Below, in pieces: positions 1 to 8,387 of a stretch of 27,253 nucleotides of DNA. How positions within the stretch are numbered: position 1 is the first letter of the stretch; the number at the start of each line of letters is the position of its first letter. The stretch is from positions 1 through 27,253 of the forward strand of contig CAZESS010000023.1 in the NCBI GenBank assembly GCA_964514975.1, given 5' to 3'. Source of the stretch: an uncultured Thermoplasmatales archaeon. GTDB lineage: Archaea; Thermoplasmatota; E2; UBA202; DSCA01. The notes below the pieces were generated by a model. The model was not told the DNA's origin and did no database searches. It saw only the letters and a list, made by a program, of their open reading frames with translations. Position numbers and translations under genes: made by a program.

Positions 1-186
1 CTGGCTTTTCACCGAGGTCACATAGCTCCGCCCATCAACATCACGCAAATCATACGAGCCCGGCAGCCCCGCACCCATGGTGCCGCTCTGCCGGGTGTCA
101 GCGCTGCCCGTAACGGCAAACCATGGCCCCGCCGCCAGCGCCGCCACCACACATATCGCTACAAGAACATTGACGCGTCGGAACAT
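1..186 (-). CDS. Secreted papain-family (C1A) cysteine peptidase, N-terminal part; gene runs off the left edge
   Basis: Not in the ORF track. Hand translation from the ATG at 186 gives MFRRVNVLVAICVVAALAAGPWFAVTGSADTRQSGTMGAGLPGSYDLRDVDGRSYVTSVKSQ. This is a signal peptide followed by the C1A mature N-terminus pattern LP-x-x-[YF]-D-x-R...YVT-x-VK-x-Q. A TTTTATA box lies about 25 nt upstream on the minus strand. Confidence 0.8.
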   Translation of the reverse strand, partial: MFRRVNVLVAICVVAALAAGPWFAVTGSADTRQSGTMGAGLPGSYDLRDVDGRSYVTSVKSQ

Positions 187-290
187 ATATCAGCTAAAAG
201 CCGGCACTATAAAAGCGTTGGCGTCTGCTCTCATGATGACTCCATCTCCATGCATGACCCATGCCATGAGCATGCACCATTCTTGGCGTC

Positions 291-1826
291 CTACAGCAGC
301 TTCAGGTAGCGTAGCGACACACGGGCGGTGTTGCCCGCATAGTCATGGGCGACCACCACGAGCTCATGCCTGGCTGGCACAGCGGAAACGGGCAGCGCCA
401 CCGAGCCGTTGCCATAGCTAAAGCCGGCAGCGGTACCGTCGACATAAAAGCGAAGGCACTGCACCGCATAGTCATCGCTCGCCGTTGCGACGGCGTCCAA
501 CGACCCAAGGATGATTGTCGATCCGGAGGGCATGAGCTCCCTGCCGAACAGATACAGCTGGTCCTCCACCGGCTGCACGAGCCGCACGGATGGCGCCGTG
601 TTGTCCGGAGCATCGGCCGATTCGCCCAATGGCACCACGTACAGCGGCAGATATCCCGTGTCGAGCGACAGCGCAGCGCGCATCCTCCCGGCGTCAAGCG
701 CCCCGATGAGAGTGCCGGACAGGTTCCACGCCGTCGCCTCCAGCAGCGCGGTGTAGCCAGCGGCGGCTGCCTCATAATGCCAGGGCCAGGGATACCGCAT
801 GTCGACCATGCTCGTGTTGAGCACGGGCACGATGACCAGCGGCGCCGAGGAGACAAAAAAACGCGAGGCTGCAGCAATGGCATCGCGGCGGTCCTCGCTT
901 GCATGCACCGCCATGGCATGCTCGTCGGGCAGATATTCATAGACGCCGGTGGCGTTGCAGCACAGGATGCGCAGCGGATACGTCCCATGGGAGCTGGGCA
1001 CCGTCCGATGCCGCCGGTCGTTGATTTTGTCGACATAGTAGGAGCTGCCATAGGACGACCAGACAAGCTGGGTCTGCTCCCGCCGGGACAGCGAGCCCTG
1101 CCAGGCAATCGCCTCGGCACGCCCGCCGATGGCCGCTGACAGCGACGTCGACGAGTTCACCGGAACGGGCAGACTCGATGCAAGCGGCTCGTAGGAAAAC
1201 CGGTATGCCTCAGCAGGATAGCCGAGCGGCATGATGACCATGGGCTCCTCATACGGGGGCAGCCCGATGAGGCTGAGCTGGGCGACCTCGCTCGCCGTGG
1301 TGACCGTTCCCAGGCCGAGCGCGTTGGCAGCATAGTAGACGTTTTGCCCAATCTGTCCGATGTTCGCCCCGGCCACGTTTTCGCTCGTGCAGCGCTGCCG
1401 GTCCCAGACGATGCCGAGCTTGACAGCGGCGGTGTCATACTGTCCCACCCCCCGGTAATCGCCCTGCCGATACATAACCAGCGAATGGTTGCCCGGGTCA
1501 TACCGGTAGACACCGTTTTCCATGAGCACATAGATGTGCAGGCCATAGGTCGCCGCGACGGGATGGATGCTCCGCTGCCCATCGCCGCCGTAGGCATGCC
1601 AGAGCACCGTCGACAGCGCCTGCATGCTCACCTGCTCGTCGGTGAACGCCCGGACAGACATCCGCCGGCAGATGGCCTCCTCGAGCGGCATGTCAATCTC
1701 CTGCGGCGCCGGCAAATCCTTGTTCTCATCGTGACGCCCGGCGCTGCCATGGGGTGCATGCAGCGCCGGTAGCAGCAGCAGGCAGACCATGACCACGGCC
1801 GCGACGCGTATCGCTGTGTTTCCCAT
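291..1826 (-). CDS. Exported tandem SagB/ThcOx-like nitroreductase-family protein with a C-terminal Ig-like domain
   Basis: Hydrophobic signal peptide (IRVAAVVMVCLLLLPALHA). Nitroreductase motifs LEEAICRRMSVRAF, IGQNVYYAANALGLGTV, RHRTVPSSHGTYP and LLEATAWNL. C-terminal DNTAP...FYVDG...AHDYAGN beta-sandwich. Start moved to ATG 1826, with TTTAAA about 30 nt upstream. Confidence 0.8.
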   Translation of the reverse strand: MGNTAIRVAAVVMVCLLLLPALHAPHGSAGRHDENKDLPAPQEIDMPLEEAICRRMSVRAFTDEQVSMQALSTVLWHAYGGDGQRSIHPVAATYGLHIYVLMENGVYRYDPGNHSLVMYRQGDYRGVGQYDTAAVKLGIVWDRQRCTSENVAGANIGQIGQNVYYAANALGLGTVTTASEVAQLSLIGLPPYEEPMVIMPLGYPAEAYRFSYEPLASSLPVPVNSSTSLSAAIGGRAEAIAWQGSLSRREQTQLVWSSYGSSYYVDKINDRRHRTVPSSHGTYPLRILCCNATGVYEYLPDEHAMAVHASEDRRDAIAAASRFFVSSAPLVIVPVLNTSMVDMRYPWPWHYEAAAAGYTALLEATAWNLSGTLIGALDAGRMRAALSLDTGYLPLYVVPLGESADAPDNTAPSVRLVQPVEDQLYLFGRELMPSGSTIILGSLDAVATASDDYAVQCLRFYVDGTAAGFSYGNGSVALPVSAVPARHELVVVAHDYAGNTARVSLRYLKLL

Positions 1827-1921
1827 GGTTCCCACATTTATATCGTCTGCCGGTTTAAAGGTGTTTGTCACTCTGGGGGAACCCAAAACGTTTTTAGCCA
1901 TGCGGCGTGTTCACTTCTCCG

Positions 1922-2155
1922 ATGAACTACGCCCTTCTTCTGCTGACGGCGCTGGTCGCCTTCGCCTACGGCATGCTGTTCGCGCTGTGGCTCATTTTCG
2001 CCCGGACGGCCAGCAGGGTGGCCAGCCTGCTCGAGGAATACACGGGCCGGTGTCTCAGCCTGGAGGAGGTCTACCAGACGCTGAAAACGATCCTTGACAA
2101 GGCATATGCCGAGCTGGAAGCGGAGAACCATGAGGATACCGAGGCTGGTGACTGA
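1922..2155 (+). CDS. Small hypothetical membrane protein
   Basis: 77 aa with one N-terminal hydrophobic helix and an acidic helical tail. Host-like codon usage. Overlaps the start of the next gene. Confidence 0.6.
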   Translation: MNYALLLLTALVAFAYGMLFALWLIFARTASRVASLLEEYTGRCLSLEEVYQTLKTILDKAYAELEAENHEDTEAGD

Positions 2156-2801
2156 GGCATACGACCAGGTGCACCGCATCTGGCACAACCTGGGCTACCT
2201 GTACAAGTTCCTCGTTTTTATTATCCCGTGGCTCACCGTCGCCCTCTACTTTGCCCTTGTCCTCGAGATACTGCCATCGGCGGAGGCACAAAAATATGGG
2301 GTCTCCGCCGTTGCCTATCTCTTCCCGCCGTTCGGCAAGGAAAGCATCATCCCCTACATGCTCTCATCCGGCGAAGGGCTGTCGCTGCCGGGCTGGCTCT
2401 CATGGGCGGGCGGCAACGTCGTCGGGCCGAAACTGCCGGCATGGAGCGTCTGGAGCATGATCGTCGTCATGGACGTCATCAGCGCCACCATCCTCGCCTA
2501 CAGCTGGTGGTTCGCCGAGTTCGTCATCACGCGCGTCGGGCTGCTCCGCCGGGCCTACCGGGCGCTGCAACGCCGGGCGGAAAAATACCGGAAAAAGCGC
2601 CTGCTCACGTTCAGCCTCCTCATCTTCATGATGATCCCCTTCCAGGGAACCGGGGGCATCAGCACCACCATCATCGCCCGGCTGCTCGGGGTCAGCGCCA
2701 AGCGGACCATCTCCATCGTCTTCGCTGGCTCCCTGATAACCACGACGCTCTGGATTCTCTGGTGGCTGGGATTCCTGAACTTTCTCACCGGGCTTGTATA
2801 A
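2130..2801 (+). CDS. Small multi-drug export family (COG2426-like) membrane protein
   Basis: Several transmembrane segments. FMMIPFQGTGGISTTIIARLLG resembles the family signature FVxIPxPGTGxW...AxLLG. Confidence 0.65.
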   Translation: MRIPRLVTEAYDQVHRIWHNLGYLYKFLVFIIPWLTVALYFALVLEILPSAEAQKYGVSAVAYLFPPFGKESIIPYMLSSGEGLSLPGWLSWAGGNVVGPKLPAWSVWSMIVVMDVISATILAYSWWFAEFVITRVGLLRRAYRALQRRAEKYRKKRLLTFSLLIFMMIPFQGTGGISTTIIARLLGVSAKRTISIVFAGSLITTTLWILWWLGFLNFLTGLV

Positions 2802-2831
2802 CATTTTTATACGGCCCGGGCATTGCCGTCC

Positions 2832-3773
2832 ATGCAGATACTTGTCACCGGCGGCGCCGGGTTCATCGGCAGCCATCTGATAGACACGCTGCTCGAGCAG
2901 GGCCACGATGTCGTCACCATCGACAATTTTTCGTCGGGGCGCCGGGAGTTCATCGAGCACAACCTGGAGAGGGGCCTGCGCCTCGTCGAGGGCGACATGC
3001 TCAACCCCAACCATGTCCGCAAGGCGGTCAAGGGCACCGACCTCGTCTACCATCTCGCGGCCAACCCGGATGTCAGACGTGGGGCAGAGGACACCTACGT
3101 CCACCTCGAGCAAAACATCCTCGCGACCTACCATCTCCTGGAGGAAATGCGGAAGCAGGGCATCGACCAGCTTGGCTTTACCTCCTCATCCACCGTCTAC
3201 GGCGAGGCGGACGAGATACCGACACCGGAGAGCTACGGCCCCCTCGTCCCCATCTCGCTCTATGGCGCTTCCAAGCTCGCCGCTGAGTCGCTCATCGACT
3301 CATACTGCTACACGTTCGACATGCAGGCCACGCTCTACCGTTTCGCCAACGTCGTCGGGCCGCGGAGCACCCACGGTGTCACCTATGACTTCATCCGGAA
3401 ACTGCAGCGCAATCCCGACGTGCTGGAAATCCTGGGGGACGGAAGCCAGAAAAAATCATATCTCTACATCGACGACTGCATCAAGGCGATGCTGCACGGC
3501 ATAGAACACGGCAGCGGCCGCGTGAACATTCTCAACATCGGCTCTGAGGACTGGATAGACGTCCGGGGCATCGCCGACATCGTCTCCGACGAAATGGGGC
3601 TCTCGCCCGACTACGAGTTCACCGGCGGCGTCGACGGCGGCCGGGGCTGGAAGGGCGACGTCAAGGTCATGCGGCTGGCCATCGACCGGCTCAAAAAATG
3701 GGGCTGGCAGCCGGAGCATGACAGCGCCGATGCGATCCGGATGACGGCCCGCTGGCTTATCGAGAACCTGTGA
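2832..3773 (+). CDS. NAD-dependent epimerase/dehydratase (UDP-glucose 4-epimerase-like extended SDR)
   Basis: TGGAGFIG Rossmann motif, HLAA, FTSSSTVYG, catalytic YGASK, RFANVVGP and GDGSQ. Confidence 0.92.
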   Translation: MQILVTGGAGFIGSHLIDTLLEQGHDVVTIDNFSSGRREFIEHNLERGLRLVEGDMLNPNHVRKAVKGTDLVYHLAANPDVRRGAEDTYVHLEQNILATYHLLEEMRKQGIDQLGFTSSSTVYGEADEIPTPESYGPLVPISLYGASKLAAESLIDSYCYTFDMQATLYRFANVVGPRSTHGVTYDFIRKLQRNPDVLEILGDGSQKKSYLYIDDCIKAMLHGIEHGSGRVNILNIGSEDWIDVRGIADIVSDEMGLSPDYEFTGGVDGGRGWKGDVKVMRLAIDRLKKWGWQPEHDSADAIRMTARWLIENL

Positions 3774-4353
3774 ACTGCTTCGCCACGAGATAGATTTCGG
3801 AGCTGCTTTTCCGTGACGCCTTCGGCGTGAACGGCTTGACCATGTTGAACACCTGGCGTACATCCTCGCGGAAGTCCTCGTAGTCCTCGCCCATGAACAC
3901 CTTGCAGACAAAGTTTCCATTGGGGCGGAGCATCTCCCGGGCGACCTTGAACGCGTTGGAGGCCAGCCAGACGCTCCGCGCCTGGTCCATCGTGTAGTTG
4001 CCCGTCAGGTCGGGTGACATGTCGGATATGACCACATCGGCCTCGTCGACGTGCCGTCTGAGCCGCTTGAGGGTTTCCTCCTCCGTCATGTCTCCCTGGA
4101 TGAAGGTCACGCCGTCTATGGGCTGCATCTGCTGCAGGTCGACCGCGATGACCCTGTCGGCGAGCTCGCCGGCGGCCTGGCTCCATCCACCCGGCGCGGC
4201 GCCAAGGTCGATGACCATGTCGCCCGGGGAGATAACCTGGTATTTTTTTTGTATCTGGAGGAGCTTGTAGGCCGAGCGGGCGCGGTAGCCCTGCCGCTTT
4301 GCTTTTTTGTAGTAGTGCTCGTTTTTGCGCTCGCGGTACCAGCGGGTGGGCAT
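3757..4353 (-). CDS. rlmE: 23S rRNA Um2552 2'-O-methyltransferase RlmE (FtsJ/RrmJ)
   Basis: YRARSAYKL, DLGAAPGGWSQ, VISDMSP, FVCKVF and ASRKSSSEIY supply the K-D-K-E tetrad. Confidence 0.96.
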   Translation of the reverse strand: MPTRWYRERKNEHYYKKAKRQGYRARSAYKLLQIQKKYQVISPGDMVIDLGAAPGGWSQAAGELADRVIAVDLQQMQPIDGVTFIQGDMTEEETLKRLRRHVDEADVVISDMSPDLTGNYTMDQARSVWLASNAFKVAREMLRPNGNFVCKVFMGEDYEDFREDVRQVFNMVKPFTPKASRKSSSEIYLVAKQFTGSR

Positions 4354-5288
4354 TAGAGGACGATGTCCAGGTCGAGCTTTTCAGCCAGTTCCTTGTAGCG
4401 GTTTCGGATAGTGACCTCGGTGACCCCCGCTACATCTGCAACCTCGCGCTGGGTTTTCCGCTCGCCGCACAAAATGGATGCGATGTATATCGCCGCGGCT
4501 GATACACCGGTGGGGCCGCGCCCGGAGGTGAGCTCCTTGTTTTCGGCCTGCTGGAGGATTTCCATGGCCTTGGTCTTGATGTCCTCGCTCAGCGAGAGCT
4601 TGCTGCAGAACCTTGCCGTGTAGTCCTGCGGCGACGTCGGCATGAGCTTGAGCTTGAGCTCGCGGGCGATGAAGCGGTAGGTGCGGCCGATTTCCTTGCG
4701 GTCGACCCTGGATGAGCCGGCGATCTCGTCGAGCGTTCGGGGGACGCCGCACTGGCGACAGGCCGCATAGATCGCCGCAGCCGTCACACCTTCGATGGAG
4801 CGACCCCGGATCAGGTTTTTCTCGACCGCGCGCCGGTAGACCATCGCCGCTGCTTCTCTCACGTTGCGGGAGAGACCCATGTCGGATGAGATGCGGTCGA
4901 GCTCTGACAGTGCCGAGGCAAGGTTGCGCTCGGATGCGCTGCCAACCCGGATGCGGCGCTGCCATTTGCGCAGCCGGTAGAGCTGGGCGCGGTTGCGGGT
5001 GGGGATTGATTTGCCGTAGCTGTCCTTGTTTTTCCAGCCGATCATGGTGGAGAGGCCCTTGTCGTGGACCGCGTAGTTCATGGGTGCGCCGGTTCGCGCT
5101 CGCTTTTCGCGCTGTTCGGGGTCGAAGGCGCGCCATTCGGGTCCCGGGTCGATGTAGGAGTCATCGATAACGAGTCCGCAGTCCTTGCAGACAAGTTCTC
5201 CTCTCCGGTAGTCCTGCACCAGCCGTGTTGAGTCGCATTCCGGGCATTGTTCTATCTCGTCTATCTCGACTTTTTTATTACGTGACAT
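4353..5288 (-). CDS. tfb: Transcription initiation factor IIB (TFB)
   Basis: Zn ribbon CPEC...CKDC, B-reader GPEWRAF, two cyclin repeats, and [26 protein letters not shown]. Confidence 0.98.
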   Translation of the reverse strand: MSRNKKVEIDEIEQCPECDSTRLVQDYRRGELVCKDCGLVIDDSYIDPGPEWRAFDPEQREKRARTGAPMNYAVHDKGLSTMIGWKNKDSYGKSIPTRNRAQLYRLRKWQRRIRVGSASERNLASALSELDRISSDMGLSRNVREAAAMVYRRAVEKNLIRGRSIEGVTAAAIYAACRQCGVPRTLDEIAGSSRVDRKEIGRTYRFIARELKLKLMPTSPQDYTARFCSKLSLSEDIKTKAMEILQQAENKELTSGRGPTGVSAAAIYIASILCGERKTQREVADVAGVTEVTIRNRYKELAEKLDLDIVL

Positions 5289-5333
5289 GGTATCCCCAAA
5301 GTTTTTAAACGTTTTGCCTCTCGAATAGCGAGG

Positions 5334-5351
5334 TTATATATAAGTATTTCG
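5334..5351 (-). promoter_or_regulatory. Putative BRE/TATA promoter of tfb-rlmE
   Basis: The minus strand reads CGAAATAC-TTATATATAA about 45 nt upstream of the tfb ATG. Confidence 0.6.
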
Positions 5352-5400
5352 TCGCCTATATTAAGGAGAAGGCCCAATATCATGCGCATTGATTACACGC

Positions 5401-5796
5401 CTATCGCCGGCGTTCGTCGAGATGGAACACGTATCGGGTCGGCACCCGCTGCCGCACCCCGCCCCTGTATGAGCAGGTCTCGCACGTGTAGCCCACGGTC
5501 ACCTCCTCGCCCCACAGCGACCGGTTTTTCACCCGGCTGAGGTCGCCGCCGCAGACGGGGCATGCCCGCGCTTTTTTTCCGCCCTCCCGGGAATGCACGT
5601 CGACGCGGGCGAAGTTCGCCCGGGCGGCCAGCATGCGAACGCGTTCCTCGCTGACCGTGTAGCCGTCATCCCACGCCCTGAGCTCCCGCAGCACCTCCTC
5701 CCGGAGCCTCCGCTGCGTGTCAACGGTTCCATGTTCCCGGAGGACCTTGTAAATCGCGACGACGACTTCCTCGCTACTCGGCAGGCGATAGGACAT
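5401..5796 (-). CDS. Hypothetical protein with a helical (possibly wHTH) N-terminus and a C-terminal Zn ribbon
   Basis: CPVCG...CETC pairs in a basic, Arg-rich protein. Start set at ATG 5796 (GGAG immediately upstream, TTTATA about 25 nt upstream). Confidence 0.7.
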   Translation of the reverse strand: MSYRLPSSEEVVVAIYKVLREHGTVDTQRRLREEVLRELRAWDDGYTVSEERVRMLAARANFARVDVHSREGGKKARACPVCGGDLSRVKNRSLWGEEVTVGYTCETCSYRGGVRQRVPTRYVFHLDERRR

Positions 5797-5946
5797 CTCC
5801 TTAAAAACGGCAACGGCCATATAAATGTTGACGGCACCTCGCCACGCTCACATCACCAGCGGCACAAAAAATTCGTCGGCGCATCCGGTGCGTCCTCACC
5901 CCTATCACTCCACGTCAAATCGACCATTTCATACACGCCCCTGCAG

Positions 5947-6996
5947 CTAGGAGGACTGCATCGCCATCGCACGCCCGATGATACGGTCGCAGATAGCCGT
6001 CAGCCAGCCAAGCGACCCGTCATCCCACATCGACACGGGCAGCCGCGGGGACACGTCCCGCAGCTCCTCTACCTCCCGGAGATGCCGGTACAGGGTGCTC
6101 CGGTTCAGGTCGTACAGCGCCGCGAAATCCTTTTTGGACAGCTCCACCTCGCTCCCCCGATGGCCGGTGGCGACAGCCCCACAGGCCAGGTAGAGCGCCG
6201 CGATGCCGAGCCCCTTGCGGCTGTGTTTCTGGCCGGCATATTGCCGCTCAATGGCCTCCATCACCGGGATGCAGACCGCGAACGTCTCCCGCAACACCTG
6301 CTCGCGGAACGCTGCATGGTCGAGGTCGTGCAGGCCGGCCCGCCGCCGGAGATCCCGGAGCCGCTCGTCGTCGAACACGTCCGGGAACCGCCGGTCAATT
6401 CCAACGACATCGGGCATGGCAACCTCCGTCATATCCGACATTTTTTTCGCCTCATCAAAAATCTTGGTCCAGCTGTCAAACACCAGCCGCCAGTTATCCC
6501 GGTCCCGGTAAAACAACCGCAAAAGGTCATCCTTCCGCTCCGCCATGAGACACAGCGCGGTAATCCCCTCCTTGTAGCGGCTGCGCAGCCGCTGAAGCAG
6601 CCCCTTCCGGTACAGCAGCGCCAGCTTCCCGAGCACCTTCTGCTCGATGCGTTCACCCTCCGTCTCCACCTCGCGCCACACCACGCCCTCCACATAGCGG
6701 ACCTTCCTGTTCAGCAGGATGTCGTCGCCCTCAACCAGGTCCATCGGCTCAGGGGACTGCAGCCGCATCGGCTGCTTCTGCACGCCCTCGGGAAGCCCGA
6801 GCAGCCGGAGCGTCCACCGGACGGTTTCCTCGACAACCTGCCGCATCGTAAAGGGGAGCTCTCCGTTGTCCTTGAAGCAGCGCCGGAAATGGTCGATGTG
6901 GCGGGCGACCTCGAACGATGGCTTCCCCCGGGATTCGAGCAACTCCCGCAGTACCTCCTCGTGTTGATAGATGCTGCCGCCGGCAGATCGTGGCAT
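5947..6996 (-). CDS. Hypothetical protein with a C-terminal TFB/cyclin-repeat-like HTH region
   Basis: 349-aa ORF with host-like codon usage. The C-terminal KGLGIAALYLAC...LSKKDFAALYDLNRSTLYRHLREV resembles the TFB repeats. TTTTATG about 30 nt upstream of ATG 6996. Confidence 0.65.
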   Translation of the reverse strand: MPRSAGGSIYQHEEVLRELLESRGKPSFEVARHIDHFRRCFKDNGELPFTMRQVVEETVRWTLRLLGLPEGVQKQPMRLQSPEPMDLVEGDDILLNRKVRYVEGVVWREVETEGERIEQKVLGKLALLYRKGLLQRLRSRYKEGITALCLMAERKDDLLRLFYRDRDNWRLVFDSWTKIFDEAKKMSDMTEVAMPDVVGIDRRFPDVFDDERLRDLRRRAGLHDLDHAAFREQVLRETFAVCIPVMEAIERQYAGQKHSRKGLGIAALYLACGAVATGHRGSEVELSKKDFAALYDLNRSTLYRHLREVEELRDVSPRLPVSMWDDGSLGWLTAICDRIIGRAMAMQSS

Positions 6997-7100
6997 ACGG
7001 CTATAGAAACCCGGGTCGGCTACATAAAACCAGCGGCGCCATGTTTTTAAACAGGGTGCTGGAGGCACGTCATGGAGTAGCGGCATGCATGCTTCCCGGA

Positions 7101-7124
7101 CTGTTCATTAGCCTGTTCATTAGC
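7101..7124. repeat. Perfect 12-bp tandem duplication (CTGTTCATTAGC x2)
   Basis: Read directly at 7101-7112 and 7113-7124, in an intergenic region. Confidence 0.85.
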
Positions 7125-7130
7125 CAGATG

Positions 7131-8387
7131 TTATATCCTGAGCACGAAGGCCTGTATCTCCCGCTCGGCGGTGTTCCCGGCGTTGTTGTAGGCGACGATG
7201 CGGAGGGTTTTTCTGAAAAACGCCCGGTCGTCCCACAGCCAGGTGTAGGGCGCCTGGGCGCTCGTGTTCTGCAGCTCGCCGTCGACGTAGAACTCCACCT
7301 GGTCCATGCCCGAGACGTTATCCGTCGCGTTCACCTCGACCTGGATGTCCCCTATGATGGCGGTGGTGCCGGACACCGTGCTGATGGTATCCCGCCCCCA
7401 CATATAGAGACGACCCTCCACGGGCCTGAAAACGGTGAGCGATGGCTTGCGCTTGTCGATGTTCACGGCCACCGATTGCTCGGCCTCCTCATTTCCGGCG
7501 TTGTCAACCGCGTAAAAGGAAACATTGTGTTCGCCGTTTTCGGTCAGCGTGAACGGATCGGTGTAGGTGTTCCATGTCCCGTTGTCGACCCGGTAGCTGA
7601 TTCCGGATACGCCCGAGGTGGCATCGGTCGCGTTCAGGGTGACGGTCACGTTGCTGCCATACCAGTCCCCGTTTTCCTCGCCGTCAAGGTCAACCGTGGT
7701 GGAAGGCGGGGTGTTATCAACGATGAAGGTGGAGCTGGAGACGTCCTGCGCCGTGTTCCCCGCATCGTCAACCGCTGTTACGCTCGCCTGGTAGCCGGCC
7801 CCGTCTGCAACGCCGGTCGTATCCCAGGAGATCTGGTCGGTATGGGCATCCGGGATGGAATCGATGGTCTGCCATGCTCCGTTGTTCCGGTAGCTCGCCT
7901 CGATGTCCGGGTAGTCGTCGCCGTTGTCGCTCACGCTCCATTCGACGTCGACGGTCCCCGAAAGGTACTCGCCGCCGTCCGGGTACAGGAGGCTCACATG
8001 GGGTGCCGTCCCGTCGACGAACAGACTGTACTCCTGTGTTTGACCGCTGTTGCCCACGGTGTCCTCGGCCTCGATGTGAAACGTCAGCATCCCCTCGTCG
8101 AAGGGACCGATGGTGGCCGCATAGCTGCCCGACGAGCCGGACATTGATGCCGGCGGGTAACAGCTCCCGTCATAGCAGTAGATAAGGTTTACCTCGGCGA
8201 CCCCGCTGTCGTCGGTGACAGTCGCCGAGACGGTGATGGTGTCGCTTTCATCCGGATGCTCGGGCTGCCAGTCCACGTTGCTGATAGACGGCGGCTCGGT
8301 GTCATCCATGCCGTGCGTAGCGAGCGGAAATGCAGCTAGGCAGATGACGGCAATGGCCACACCTGCGGCCAGCTTTTTCTTGAACAT
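7131..8387 (-). CDS. Secreted multi-Ig-like-domain surface protein
   Basis: Signal peptide MFKKKLAAGVAIAVICLAAFPLA. Four beta-sandwich units opened by DTEPP, DGTAP, DNTPP and DKRKP and closed by [AV]x[DN]xxGN. No recognisable catalytic domain. Confidence 0.85.
   Translation of the reverse strand: MFKKKLAAGVAIAVICLAAFPLATHGMDDTEPPSISNVDWQPEHPDESDTITVSATVTDDSGVAEVNLIYCYDGSCYPPASMSGSSGSYAATIGPFDEGMLTFHIEAEDTVGNSGQTQEYSLFVDGTAPHVSLLYPDGGEYLSGTVDVEWSVSDNGDDYPDIEASYRNNGAWQTIDSIPDAHTDQISWDTTGVADGAGYQASVTAVDDAGNTAQDVSSSTFIVDNTPPSTTVDLDGEENGDWYGSNVTVTLNATDATSGVSGISYRVDNGTWNTYTDPFTLTENGEHNVSFYAVDNAGNEEAEQSVAVNIDKRKPSLTVFRPVEGRLYMWGRDTISTVSGTTAIIGDIQVEVNATDNVSGMDQVEFYVDGELQNTSAQAPYTWLWDDRAFFRKTLRIVAYNNAGNTAEREIQAFVLRI

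Noticed and set aside
5593-8147. Plus-strand ORFs 5593..7050 (485 aa) and 6918..8147 (409 aa)
   Set aside because: Antisense to better-supported minus-strand genes, with a composition typical of reverse-frame translation.
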